Shown: positions 34,233 through 42,582 of the stretch, piece after piece
Layout of the letters: the number at the start of each line of letters is the position of its first letter
Numbering within the stretch: position 1 is the first letter of the stretch
Assembly (NCBI GenBank): GCA_038063315.1
Contig: JBBTVI010000027.1
Location: 1-60,947, forward strand
Direction: 5' to 3'
Origin: Patescibacteria group bacterium
GTDB lineage: Bacteria > Patescibacteriota > Minisyncoccia > Sungbacterales > HO2-52-23
Length of the DNA stretch: 60,947 bases
Made by a program: the position numbers and the translations under genes
Notes under the pieces: generated by a model
Seen by the model: only the letters and a program-made list of their open reading frames with translations
What the model was told of the DNA's origin: nothing
Databases searched by the model: none

Positions 34233-36326
34233 TCATCGTATTGTCCAGCCATTCTCCTCACAGGCCGCGGTAATGGCCACCATAAGACGGTCTATCTCCC
34301 CGTCCGTCAGTGTCCGTTCCGGCGACTGGAAGGCGCAATGAAACGCAAAACTTTTTTCGTCTGTCGCGCGCATTGTCTCATCCTGAAACTCGTCAAAGAG
34401 ATCAGTATCAATAAGAAGCGGCCCGCCCGCTCCCTCCATTGCATTGACCACATCAGCCATCCGCGTCCTTTCCGGCACGACAAGCGCGAGATCACGGACA
34501 ATCGCCGGACATTTCCCGACTGGCCGGAATTCCGCCTCTCTCTCTACCAATGGCCAAAGGACATCATAAAATACTTCGGCCGCCGCGATGCGTTCCCGCG
34601 CCTTGATCCGCTCCCCCACCGCCGGATGAATTTCTCCGATGCGTCCGATGCGCGTGTCGCCGATTTTAATATCCGCGACTCTCTGCGGATGGAAAATGGC
34701 GTCCGCGCCGCGTCCGGCGTCGGCCACAGCATCATCATACCAATGATCGCTGATGCCGAGCGCCTCCAATAGATGATCCACCGCGCCTTTGGCCTGATAG
34801 AACGCATCCTTGCCATCCCCGCCGTTCAATGCCACCGCGAGGGCGATATGCGTCCGCTCATTTCCAAGGGTGAAACTCTTCGCAAACCCAAACAGGCGCA
34901 CCGTATCAAAATTCTTGAGATTGTCTCGCGCCGCCAACACGTATTTTATGACCGGGCGCGTGAGAAGATAGGCGGTTTCGGGACTCGTCGGATTTTCCAA
35001 AGCCACGGCATCCTTTATATCAAGACCAAAATCCGTAAGTTCCTTTTCTCCGGTAAATTCATACGCCTCATGCTCTGTGAAACCCGCGGATACGAAAATA
35101 TCGCGCGCCGTCTCCTCATACGCGAGCGCGTCATTCGGCTGGGGCGCGGCGATATTGAGCACCGGACGAACCGCCGCGATATTTTCGTAACCGTAGAGCC
35201 GCGCGGCTTCCTCAATCAAATCCTCCTCAATGCCGAGGTCGCGCCGCACGGTTGGAGGTGTAACCATCCACCCCTTTGCCGCCTCTTTGACCGCGCAGCC
35301 GATCCCCGTCAACGCCTTTTTATAGAACACCTCAGGCAATGCTGCGCCAATCACCGCACTCGCCTGCTCCGGCCGGAAAAGAATCGTTCGCGGGCGCGCC
35401 TTCACCGGATACACATCAACAACGCCGGATAAAACCGTGCCGCCGGCGACACGTCCAATGAGCGAGGCGAGCGCATCCGCCGCCTCTACGGTCTGGTTTC
35501 GATCAAGACCGTGTTCAAACCGATATGACGCGTCTGTGCGGAGCCGCAGAGACCGCGACGCGCGATGGATGATCACAGGATCAAAATTTGCCGACTCCAG
35601 TATTAACATTGTTGTCCCGTCGTGCACGCCGGAATATTGACCGCCTTTGATGCCCGCGATTGCAAGCGGCTCCATATCATCCGCAATAACAAGAATATCC
35701 GGTGACAATGCATAGGTCTGGCCGTCAAGCGCCGCCAGTTTTTCCCCGGCTCTGGCCCGACGCACGATAATTGATTTTTTCTCTGCGCCTTTTTTGGATG
35801 CCCGCGCCGATTCTTTTCCGGTTTTCAACGCCTCATAATCAAAAATATGCATGGGCTGCCCGGTCTCAAGCATGGCGTAATTGGCCGCATCCACGACGTT
35901 ATTGATGGACTGCAGCCCGCACGTCTCAAGCCGCTCGCGGAGCCACTCCGGCGACGGACCGATTTTAACGCCCTCCAGCACGCGCGCGGTATAACGCGGA
36001 CAATCATCCGCATTCTCAATGCGTACGGTCAACACCGAAGCCGCTTTTTTCTTTGTGTGTTCCCGCAGTTGTCCGCTTTTGATCCGACCCCGCGCCTTTA
36101 GCGCTTTACCCTTTGTGCTGAGCGCAAGAATCTCCCGCACCAATCCCGCATGCCCCGATGCATCCGCCACGCGGTTCGGCAGGATTTTCGTATCAAGCGC
36201 CCAGTCCCGTCCGACTTTCGCAATACTCTCCACCTCAAAAACGCCCCGCGTCAAAAAATCCGCCAGTTTCTCCGGCGTTCCCCGCCATCCCGTTAATTCC
36301 TGAAGCCAATTGTAGGAGAATTTCAT
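34233..36326 (-). CDS. pheT: Phenylalanine--tRNA ligase beta subunit
   Basis: ORF trimmed to the ATG at 36326 (MKFSYNWLQELTG, the canonical PheT N-terminus). B3/4, B5 and FDX-ACB-like regions are recognisable. Confidence 0.9.
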   Translation of the reverse strand: MKFSYNWLQELTGWRGTPEKLADFLTRGVFEVESIAKVGRDWALDTKILPNRVADASGHAGLVREILALSTKGKALKARGRIKSGQLREHTKKKAASVLTVRIENADDCPRYTARVLEGVKIGPSPEWLRERLETCGLQSINNVVDAANYAMLETGQPMHIFDYEALKTGKESARASKKGAEKKSIIVRRARAGEKLAALDGQTYALSPDILVIADDMEPLAIAGIKGGQYSGVHDGTTMLILESANFDPVIIHRASRSLRLRTDASYRFEHGLDRNQTVEAADALASLIGRVAGGTVLSGVVDVYPVKARPRTILFRPEQASAVIGAALPEVFYKKALTGIGCAVKEAAKGWMVTPPTVRRDLGIEEDLIEEAARLYGYENIAAVRPVLNIAAPQPNDALAYEETARDIFVSAGFTEHEAYEFTGEKELTDFGLDIKDAVALENPTSPETAYLLTRPVIKYVLAARDNLKNFDTVRLFGFAKSFTLGNERTHIALAVALNGGDGKDAFYQAKGAVDHLLEALGISDHWYDDAVADAGRGADAIFHPQRVADIKIGDTRIGRIGEIHPAVGERIKARERIAAAEVFYDVLWPLVEREAEFRPVGKCPAIVRDLALVVPERTRMADVVNAMEGAGGPLLIDTDLFDEFQDETMRATDEKSFAFHCAFQSPERTLTDGEIDRLMVAITAACEENGWTIR

Positions 36327-36676
36327 TGTTCGTTTAGTACCACCGCCAAAACGCGGAAGATGCGACGCATACTGATCAATGATAGATGGCCGAGACGTCG
36401 TTTGATCAACGTCCGGTCCAAAGTCACGATTTTGCCGAGTTTCACTGTTGATGGCTTCGGCAATCCGGCTGCTCGTTGTTCTTTTGGGGTCAGCCGATAT
36501 TCGTCCCAAGACCCCGCTTCAACCATGTGTGAGGTGATCGCCGCGATAATCACATCATTTCGCTCGCGATTGAATCGTGAAGAAGAAAGAATGATCGCCG
36601 GCCGTTGTTTGACTGTTGACAAGTCGGTAAACGGAAAAGGGATCAAAATAACCTCACCCGTCTCATAATCGGTCAT
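36323..36676 (-). CDS. MazF/PemK-family toxin
   Basis: MTDYETGEVILIPFPFTDLSTVKQRPAIILS... is typical of PemK/MazF. An alternative start lies at 36688. The stop overlaps the pheT start by 4 nt. Confidence 0.7.
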   Translation of the reverse strand: MTDYETGEVILIPFPFTDLSTVKQRPAIILSSSRFNRERNDVIIAAITSHMVEAGSWDEYRLTPKEQRAAGLPKPSTVKLGKIVTLDRTLIKRRLGHLSLISMRRIFRVLAVVLNEQ

Positions 36677-36887
36677 AGATTGCGTCATCACAATTATCCC
36701 AGAACGTAAACGACTCTTCGGCAAGTTTGAGGAGGGCGCGATCTTCCTCTTCAGGGGGGGAGATTTTGAAGACCGGACGGGACCGCCGCACGACGAGAAA
36801 CGATTCACCGCGCCGGATGCGCGTAATATAGCGCTCCGTGCGCTCCCGCAATTCCTTAAGCCCGATAATTTGAGAAGTGTTCGACAT
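36663..36887 (-). CDS. Phd/YefM-type antitoxin
   Basis: 74 aa. IGLKELRERTERYITRIRRGESFLVVRRSRPVFKISP matches the Phd/YefM N-terminal pattern. Overlaps the toxin start. Confidence 0.55.
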   Translation of the reverse strand: MSNTSQIIGLKELRERTERYITRIRRGESFLVVRRSRPVFKISPPEEEDRALLKLAEESFTFWDNCDDAIYDRL

Positions 36888-36947
36888 ACGACAAAGTTTA
36901 CCTTCAGATAAACTTATGTCAAGAAAAAATAACGTTCGCCATCACAT

Positions 36948-38051
36948 CTAAAACTGTTTCAAAAACCGCATGTCGCCGGAGCGGAACAGGCGAATATCCG
37001 GAATCTTGTATTTCATCATGGCCAGGCGATCCACCCCCATGCCAAAGGCAAAACCCCGCCATTCGCCCCGGCCGTACCCGGCCGCGGCAAAGACGTGCGG
37101 ATGCACCATGCCCGCGCCCCCCAATTCAAGCCACCCTGTTTTTTTGCAGACCGAGCACCCTTTGCCGTCGCAGGAAAGGCACGACATATCCACCTCAAAA
37201 CTCGGCTCGGTAAAAGGAAAATAACTCGGCCGGAGGCGCAGCGTAATGTCCTTTTTGAAAAACCGTGAAAAAAACTCGCGCATCACGGCCTTGAAATGCG
37301 CGATGGAAACCGCGCGATCAACGAGCAAGCCCTCAAGTTGATAAAACTGAATGTCGTGCGAGGCGTCGGACGCCTCATAACGATACACTCTGCCCGGGAC
37401 AATGATGCGAAACGGCGGATTATTTTTCTCCATGTACCGCACCTGCACCGGCGACGTATGAGTACGTAATAATATTTTCTCTCCGTTTCTTCGGGCTTTG
37501 GAATTTGCACTTTGGGATTTACTTGGAAATTGTGTTTTGGAATTTGCAATTTCCTTTTGGTTGCCTTGCAACCAAAAGGTGTCCCACATCTCCCGCGTCG
37601 GATGCTCCGCGGGAATATTCAACGCGTCGAAATTATAGTATTCGGTCTCCACTTCCGGTCCTTCAACAACGGCAAAACCCATCCCCGCAAAAATCGCCGT
37701 CATCTCGCGGAGGATTTTCGTCAGAGGGTGTAGATGCCCCTTGGGCGGCCTAGCGCCCGGGCGCGTCACATCCAGCCATTCGGTCTTCAGAACCGATTCG
37801 CGGCCCGAACGCAAGAGAACCTCCCGCCGCAGAGTAATCGCTTTATCCAATTCGTCATAAAGACGGTTTGCCGCGCCGCCGATTGCGGCGCGCTCGGCGT
37901 CCGGAATATCTTTAATACCCCGTAGAATCTGCGTCAGCGCCCCCTTTCGGCCGAGATACGCGACGCGGACGCGTTCAAGATCATCCGGAGAAGCGGCGTT
38001 CGCAATGTCCTGAAGGCCGGTGTGCCTGATTTTCTCAATTTCGGTCTGCAT
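36948..38051 (-). CDS. pheS: Phenylalanine--tRNA ligase alpha subunit, with an in-frame ~30-aa insertion
   Basis: Start at 38051 (MQTEIEKI...). Class II motifs: HPLTK, DTFW, LLRTHTSPVQVR, FRIIVPGRVYR, GWLELGGAGMVHP, GFAFGMGVDRLAM. Extra segment GNQKEIANSKTQFPSKSQSANSKARRNGE lies between DTFWLQ and ILLRTHTS. Confidence 0.9.
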   Translation of the reverse strand: MQTEIEKIRHTGLQDIANAASPDDLERVRVAYLGRKGALTQILRGIKDIPDAERAAIGGAANRLYDELDKAITLRREVLLRSGRESVLKTEWLDVTRPGARPPKGHLHPLTKILREMTAIFAGMGFAVVEGPEVETEYYNFDALNIPAEHPTREMWDTFWLQGNQKEIANSKTQFPSKSQSANSKARRNGEKILLRTHTSPVQVRYMEKNNPPFRIIVPGRVYRYEASDASHDIQFYQLEGLLVDRAVSIAHFKAVMREFFSRFFKKDITLRLRPSYFPFTEPSFEVDMSCLSCDGKGCSVCKKTGWLELGGAGMVHPHVFAAAGYGRGEWRGFAFGMGVDRLAMMKYKIPDIRLFRSGDMRFLKQF

Positions 38052-38152
38052 GATATCCGTAGTGTAGAACAACGCGACCACTCATGGCAACTTTTCAGCG
38101 AAGATAACAGCGCGCCAATGAGCGCGCTGTTATCCTGTCCGACAGAGAATTA

Positions 38153-39124
38153 TCATAGAGATTGCGGCGGCTTCTTTAGAGATGGCCGATCCGGATAGCG
38201 TTCCGGGTCAATCGTGCGTCCGAAACACGCGCGGCCGGCGCCGTGTTCCCAATTATCCTCTGTGGCACCGTAAGGACCGTATGGCCGGACCGCCGGGACT
38301 GCTTTTCCCGTTACCGAGCGCTTACTGTCCGTCGCAAATGTCGCACAAAGCTCGAAAGATACTGGCGTTAAAACGCGGTACTCATACGGCGTTTCCGTCT
38401 TCGGATCCGTCGGCGGCGTAAATCCAGAGATAGAGTTCCGTAAATCAGTCGGTTCTGTCGGCAAATCGCCTTTGGTCATCCAATAATTGATGATCTCGTT
38501 TTGAATCGTCTGAAGATCATTGATCCGCCGCTCATCAAAACGGTGCTCCCTCTGCGCTGCCGGACTTCCGACAATGAAAAATCCGGAGGCGATCCCCGCA
38601 AATGCCACAAAGCCGATGATCCAGGCCGCAAGACGTGGAAGGGACGAGCGCGCCTCCGGCGTACGCCGGATGTCCCAAAGGAAATATCCGAAAACCGCTG
38701 CCGCAACCGCAAGCACGCTTGCGGTTTTGATGAAAAACTTGATCGTGAGCTCCCCGCCCCAAAAATTATAGATAAGCGTGATCAAATCAACGATCATCGT
38801 CACCGCCGCGGCAAAAATCGTAAAATAGACGAGCCACTTCCGGATCTTTAGTTCACGCTTCGCCGGGGCCTTTCTGAAGTCCTTTTCCATCACCGACGCC
38901 AGAAAAAGAAAGACGGGCAGCGTGACCATGAGCGCGGACCCGGCCCACCGGATGCGCTCGCCGATCTCGCCGTAATAAAAATCAAGCGCGTCCGGAAAAA
39001 GCATATTCGCGTACTGGAAAAGGAGCGCGAGAAAACTCACGACGCTGACATAGAGCGCCGCGATCATCAAAAGATGCAGGAAAACGTCTTTCGGCGTTGT
39101 TTTATGAAGCGTTGATGTGACCAT
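38153..39124 (-). CDS. DUF5671-like polytopic membrane protein with a pseudopilin-like C-terminal globular region
   Basis: 323 aa with about 6 TMs. N-terminus PKDVFLHLLMIAALYVSVVSFLAL resembles DUF5671. The C-terminus INDLQTIQNEIINYWMTKGDLPT...PPTDPKTETPYEY resembles GspG-type pilin heads. Confidence 0.45.
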   Translation of the reverse strand: MVTSTLHKTTPKDVFLHLLMIAALYVSVVSFLALLFQYANMLFPDALDFYYGEIGERIRWAGSALMVTLPVFLFLASVMEKDFRKAPAKRELKIRKWLVYFTIFAAAVTMIVDLITLIYNFWGGELTIKFFIKTASVLAVAAAVFGYFLWDIRRTPEARSSLPRLAAWIIGFVAFAGIASGFFIVGSPAAQREHRFDERRINDLQTIQNEIINYWMTKGDLPTEPTDLRNSISGFTPPTDPKTETPYEYRVLTPVSFELCATFATDSKRSVTGKAVPAVRPYGPYGATEDNWEHGAGRACFGRTIDPERYPDRPSLKKPPQSL

Positions 39125-39164
39125 ATAGCAAGTTTACCATCACCGCGCGCGAAAAACAAACTGC

Positions 39165-39321
39165 ATAACCCTCACAGCCTCACCAACGCCGCGCTATTAC
39201 ATGCGTCATTGCGAGGAGTCCTGCTGCAGGACGACGAAGCAATCCAGCAGAAATACTGGATTGCCGCGCTCCCCCTCGACAGACTCGGGGTCGCTCGCAA
39301 TGACAGCTGTGAGGGCTTACC
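39165..39321. repeat. Family A element with extended ends
   Basis: ATAACCCTCACAGCC-TCACCAACGCCGCGCTATTACATGC-GTCATTGCGAG ... CTCGCAATGACAGCTGTGAGGGCTTAC. Confidence 0.85.
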
Positions 39322-39366
39322 AAGCAGCCATTTGTCCATTATGCGAAAACCTGCTATTCTCAATTC

Positions 39367-40428
39367 ATGAAAAAATACATCATTTCCATAGTCATCGTGA
39401 TCGTGGTTATTACCGCGGCAATGTTCATTTTTAAGAGCACACCCAAGTCGCCCGACGCGGGGAATATTCCGCCGGCTGCCGCTCCCGAGACAGGCACCGG
39501 ACCCGTTGATTCCGCAGGCAGCGCTCCCACTCCAGCCCATCAACCCCAGGCATCACGGCCAACGCCGCTTCCGCCTCCGGTTGCCACCCCCACAAAGAAC
39601 CAGGGGCGGCTTGTTTTGGCCATAACGGATGAGACCGCCAATCTGGCGGACCTCGACGCGCTATTTCTGCATATAAAATCCCTCGAAATACATGCCAAGG
39701 CTGGCTGGAAAACAATACCCGTTGCCACAACGCGCCATGACCTTTTGGCGCTCGACAGGGCCGGAGCAGCGCTTGCCGTGCTCGCGGATCTTGCGCTTGA
39801 ACCGGGCGAATACAATCAGTTGCGGCTCATTGTTGAGAAAATCGTCGTTCAAAAAGACGGCCTGCTCCATGAGGCGAAACTGCCGTCCGGACAAATCATC
39901 TTTAACGGAAAAATTGCAATAGAAAAAGAGAAAACATCAGCCGTCATCCTCGATTTTCTGGCGGATCAGTCGCTCTTTATCGCCGGAAACGGCATGTATA
40001 TCTTCCTTCCGGTCGTCCGCTTCACCTCGCACAGCAATCTTTCCAACCGGCAACTCTTTGAACGGCGTGCGGACCTCGCGGGCGGCGGAAAGCTTGAACA
40101 CGATATCACGCTCGGCACGACCGCGTCAGGGCAGACAAAGCCCGACTTCCGCCTTGATCCGACGACAAAGCTGGAATTCATCGGCGCGGAAGCCATCCGC
40201 GTCATCGGGCGCGAGGATAACACGTCCGATTACGCAGTCAGCGCGCAGAAGGCCATAGAGACCGCGCTAAACGGCCGTTATATCGCCTCCGCGCGTTCCG
40301 TTGCATCCGGGACGAAAAACGGAAAACCCGTCTGGGTCGTAACCGGCCTCAAAGGCGGAGCATTATCAAACGCTTACGCCTCTGTTTATGTGGATGCCGC
40401 CACCGGACAAATTCTGAGCGTGGAGTGA
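39367..40428 (+). CDS. Secreted/anchored protein, DUF4382-like with a PepSY-like C-terminus
   Basis: N-terminal TM/signal IISIVIVIVVITAAMFIF, then a Pro/Ala-rich linker. LVLAITDETANLADLDALFLHIKSLEIH is DUF4382-like. The C-terminal segment KAIETALNG...GKPVWVVTG...YVDAATGQILSVE is PepSY-like. Confidence 0.4.
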   Translation: MKKYIISIVIVIVVITAAMFIFKSTPKSPDAGNIPPAAAPETGTGPVDSAGSAPTPAHQPQASRPTPLPPPVATPTKNQGRLVLAITDETANLADLDALFLHIKSLEIHAKAGWKTIPVATTRHDLLALDRAGAALAVLADLALEPGEYNQLRLIVEKIVVQKDGLLHEAKLPSGQIIFNGKIAIEKEKTSAVILDFLADQSLFIAGNGMYIFLPVVRFTSHSNLSNRQLFERRADLAGGGKLEHDITLGTTASGQTKPDFRLDPTTKLEFIGAEAIRVIGREDNTSDYAVSAQKAIETALNGRYIASARSVASGTKNGKPVWVVTGLKGGALSNAYASVYVDAATGQILSVE

Positions 40429-40438
40429 TTTACGACTA

Positions 40439-40573
40439 AACTTTGGCAAATTTTCTTGACGTCTTTTCAGATGCGTTGATGAAGGCGTATGAGGAGGTTA
40501 AACCTCCAATGAGTACATGTCTTCTGATAGATACCGTATCGTTTTCGGGAAATTTGTCCAAGTGCAATAACCA
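40439..40573 (+). mobile_element. Family D MITE-like element (complete, short-core form)
   Basis: AACTTTGGCAAATTTT ... same core ... GGGAAATTTGTCCAAGT. Highly similar to 31575-31700 by eye. Confidence 0.85.
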
Positions 40574-40634
40574 ACCAAGACCCATAAACCGCATCGACAC
40601 GCGGGAGCGTGTCGATTTTTGTGTTCTACCGATA

Positions 40635-40710
40635 CGCAGCCGACCGGATTTGAACCGGCGATCTCCACAGTGACAGTGTGGCGTGTTAGACCGGGCTACA
40701 CTACGGCTGC
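40635..40710 (-). tRNA. tRNA-Asp (anticodon GUC)
   Basis: Hand-folded on the minus strand. Acceptor GCAGCCG/CGGCTGC, D stem GTGT/ACAC, anticodon stem CCACA/TGTGG with loop CTGTCAC, T arm GCCGG-TTCAAAT-CCGGT, discriminator G. 76 nt. Confidence 0.9.
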
Positions 40711-40747
40711 ATCTATAAATGTTTTATCTGAATTACGAAACTCCAAA

Positions 40748-40793
40748 TCCCTCCCCCTCTTTCGTAACAAGGCCACTACGGAAGGGCAAGCAA
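40748..40793 (+). repeat. Family G repeat
   Basis: TCCCTCCCCCTCTTTCGTAACAAGGCCACTACGGAAGGGCAAGCAA. Confidence 0.75.
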
Positions 40794-40862
40794 CCTCCCT
40801 TTATTAAAGGGAGGGGTTTTTGGTTTCCCCCTTTGAAAAAGGTGGAACAAGGGGGATTTTTG
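40794..40862. repeat. Family F hairpin repeats (pair)
   Basis: CCTCCCTTTATTAAAGGGAGG...TTTCCCCCTTTGAAAAAGGTGGAACAAGGGGGATTTT. Confidence 0.75.
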
Positions 40863-40885
40863 AGTATTCTACAATTCAAAATATT

Positions 40886-41608
40886 TCATTGAATCACCGT
40901 CCCTATGTTCTCTCCTTTCACAATGCGCGCAAGATTTCCTTTTTTGAAAACATCAAAAACGATAACGGGTATCTTATTTTCCATGGAAAGCGTGACCGCA
41001 GTCAAATCCATCACGCGCAGGCCCGCTTCAACGATTTCCGTCGGAGTGATGGCTGAAAAGAGCTTCGCGTTTTTATCCTTCTTCGGATCTCCCGCATACA
41101 CGCCCGCGACATTCGTCCCCTTGAGAATCACATCCGCGCCGATTTCGCTTGCGCGGAGCGCGGCCGCGGTATCCGTTGAAAAATACGGGCTTCCCGTACC
41201 TCCCGCAAAAATAACAACCCTGCCCTTTTCAAGATGCCGTATTGCCCGACGCCGGATGAACGGCTCAGCCACTTCCATCATAGAGAGCGCCGTCATCGCG
41301 CGCGTATCAAGTCCGTGCCTTTCCAAAACGCTCTGGAGCGCCAGGGCATTGATAACCGTCCCCAGCATTCCCATATAATCCGCGGTCGCGCGGTCAATTC
41401 CTAAGGGCGCGACCGTGGCCCCGCGGATAAAATTCCCTCCACCGATCACAATTGCGAGCCCGCCGCTCACACGATGCGCCTCGGACACCTCTCCGGCAAT
41501 ATATTCCGCGGCCTTCACGTCAAGACCGTGCTCCCATTTTCCTCCCAATGTTTCACCGGATAATTTAAGCAGTATGCGGTTATAACGCTTTTTCGTATTC
41601 GGCATCAT
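40886..41608 (-). CDS. pyrH: UMP kinase
   Basis: 240 aa. RILLKLSGE, VIGGGNFIRG, ADYMGMLGTVINALAL, VVIFAGGTGSPYFSTDTAAALRA and VDGVY-like NVAGVYAGDP motifs. Confidence 0.9.
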   Translation of the reverse strand: MMPNTKKRYNRILLKLSGETLGGKWEHGLDVKAAEYIAGEVSEAHRVSGGLAIVIGGGNFIRGATVAPLGIDRATADYMGMLGTVINALALQSVLERHGLDTRAMTALSMMEVAEPFIRRRAIRHLEKGRVVIFAGGTGSPYFSTDTAAALRASEIGADVILKGTNVAGVYAGDPKKDKNAKLFSAITPTEIVEAGLRVMDLTAVTLSMENKIPVIVFDVFKKGNLARIVKGENIGTVIQ

Positions 41609-41715
41609 CCCTAATGTACACAGAATTCATTCCAAAAACAATACCTCATTAGGACTGACGCGTTTTGCGCCTTTCTCCTTCCTTACGAAAGAGAACAAAG
41701 GAGACAGATTCTCTG

Positions 41716-41761
41716 CTCCCCTCCTTTCAAAGGAGGGGTAGGGGAGGTGGATTTTCCCCCC
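41716..41761. repeat. Family F hairpin repeat
   Basis: CTCCCCTCCTTTCAAAGGAGGGGTAGGGGAGGTGGATTTTCCCCCC. Confidence 0.75.
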
Positions 41762-41812
41762 TTATTATATACGGAGGGAAAAGACGGTTGACGATCTGTA
41801 TGGTTTTCTAAA

Positions 41813-41857
41813 CCCCTCCCCTCCTTCGCGGCAAGGCCGCTACGGAAGGGCAAGCAA
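41813..41857 (+). repeat. Family G repeat
   Basis: CCCCTCCCCTCCTTCGCGGCAAGGCCGCTACGGAAGGGCAAGCAA, in the same orientation as the 40748 copy. Confidence 0.75.
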
Positions 41858-41870
41858 TCTCGCGCCGCTG

Positions 41871-41998
41871 GCATTCAAATGCGCTGATGAAGGCGTATGA
41901 GGAGGTTTAACCTCGTAAGCCGCTTACGAGGTTAAACCTCCAATGAGTACATGTCTACTCATAAATATTGTATCGCTCTCGGGAAGCTTGCCAAAGTT
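41871..41998 (+). mobile_element. Family D element (left end missing, long-core form with a nested REP hairpin)
   Basis: ...GATGAAGGCGTATGAGGAGGTTTAACCTCGTAAGCCGCTTACGAGGTTAAACCTCCAATGAGTACATGTCT...GGGAAGCTTGCCAAAGTT. Confidence 0.8.
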
Positions 41999-42260
41999 AA
42001 GTAAAAAAAACCGCCCGCACTATATTTCACGGACGGCCAATCCTCCCCCGAATTCTCTTTTGAATTAGGACAGTCGGTGGGTGAAAATATAAGAAAAACC
42101 ATAGTTTCAGATCAGGATAGAGGCGTGTGTAGTTACGGAGTTGGACAAGACGCCGCGTGATTTCTCCTTTGGTTAACATGATGTCTCCATTATCCCATAA
42201 ATGTTGATGGCGGAGAGGCGTCGTTATCCACAGGGGGTCAGTGAGGAGATACGAGATGCG

Positions 42261-42476
42261 GTAACCTCTCACAGCCCTACCGCGATTGCCGCCATATGCG
42301 TCGTTGCGAGGAGGCCTGCCGCAGGACGACGAAGCAATCTAAATCCTGGATTGCCGCGCACCCCCTCGACCCGCTTCGCGCGCCGTTCGCCATAGCCGCT
42401 TCGGCGACGTGCAACCATAGCACAAGCGAGGCGAGCAGACTCGGGGTCGCTCGCAATGACAGCTGTGAGGGGTTAC
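42261..42476. repeat. Family A element (long), followed by a solitary extra left end at 42485-42500
   Basis: GTAACCTCTCACAGCC...GTCGTTGCGAGG ... CTCGCAATGACAGCTGTGAGGGGTTAC. The 27-nt string TACGAGATGCGGTAAYCYCTCACAGC occurs on both sides. Confidence 0.8.
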
Positions 42477-42582
42477 GAGATGCGGTAATCCCTCACAGCT
42501 GTCTCATTAAGAGGGTGGTCCCTTCCTTTTCCTGTGGATAAATAATCCTTGTTTTTCCGCGCATAGCGCCGATAATGGCCCC

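Noticed and set aside
42027-42272. An 81-aa minus-strand ORF between repeat blocks.
   Set aside because: Its N-terminal third is encoded by the family A terminal repeat. The remainder has no recognisable motif or start context. It is left unannotated as too uncertain.
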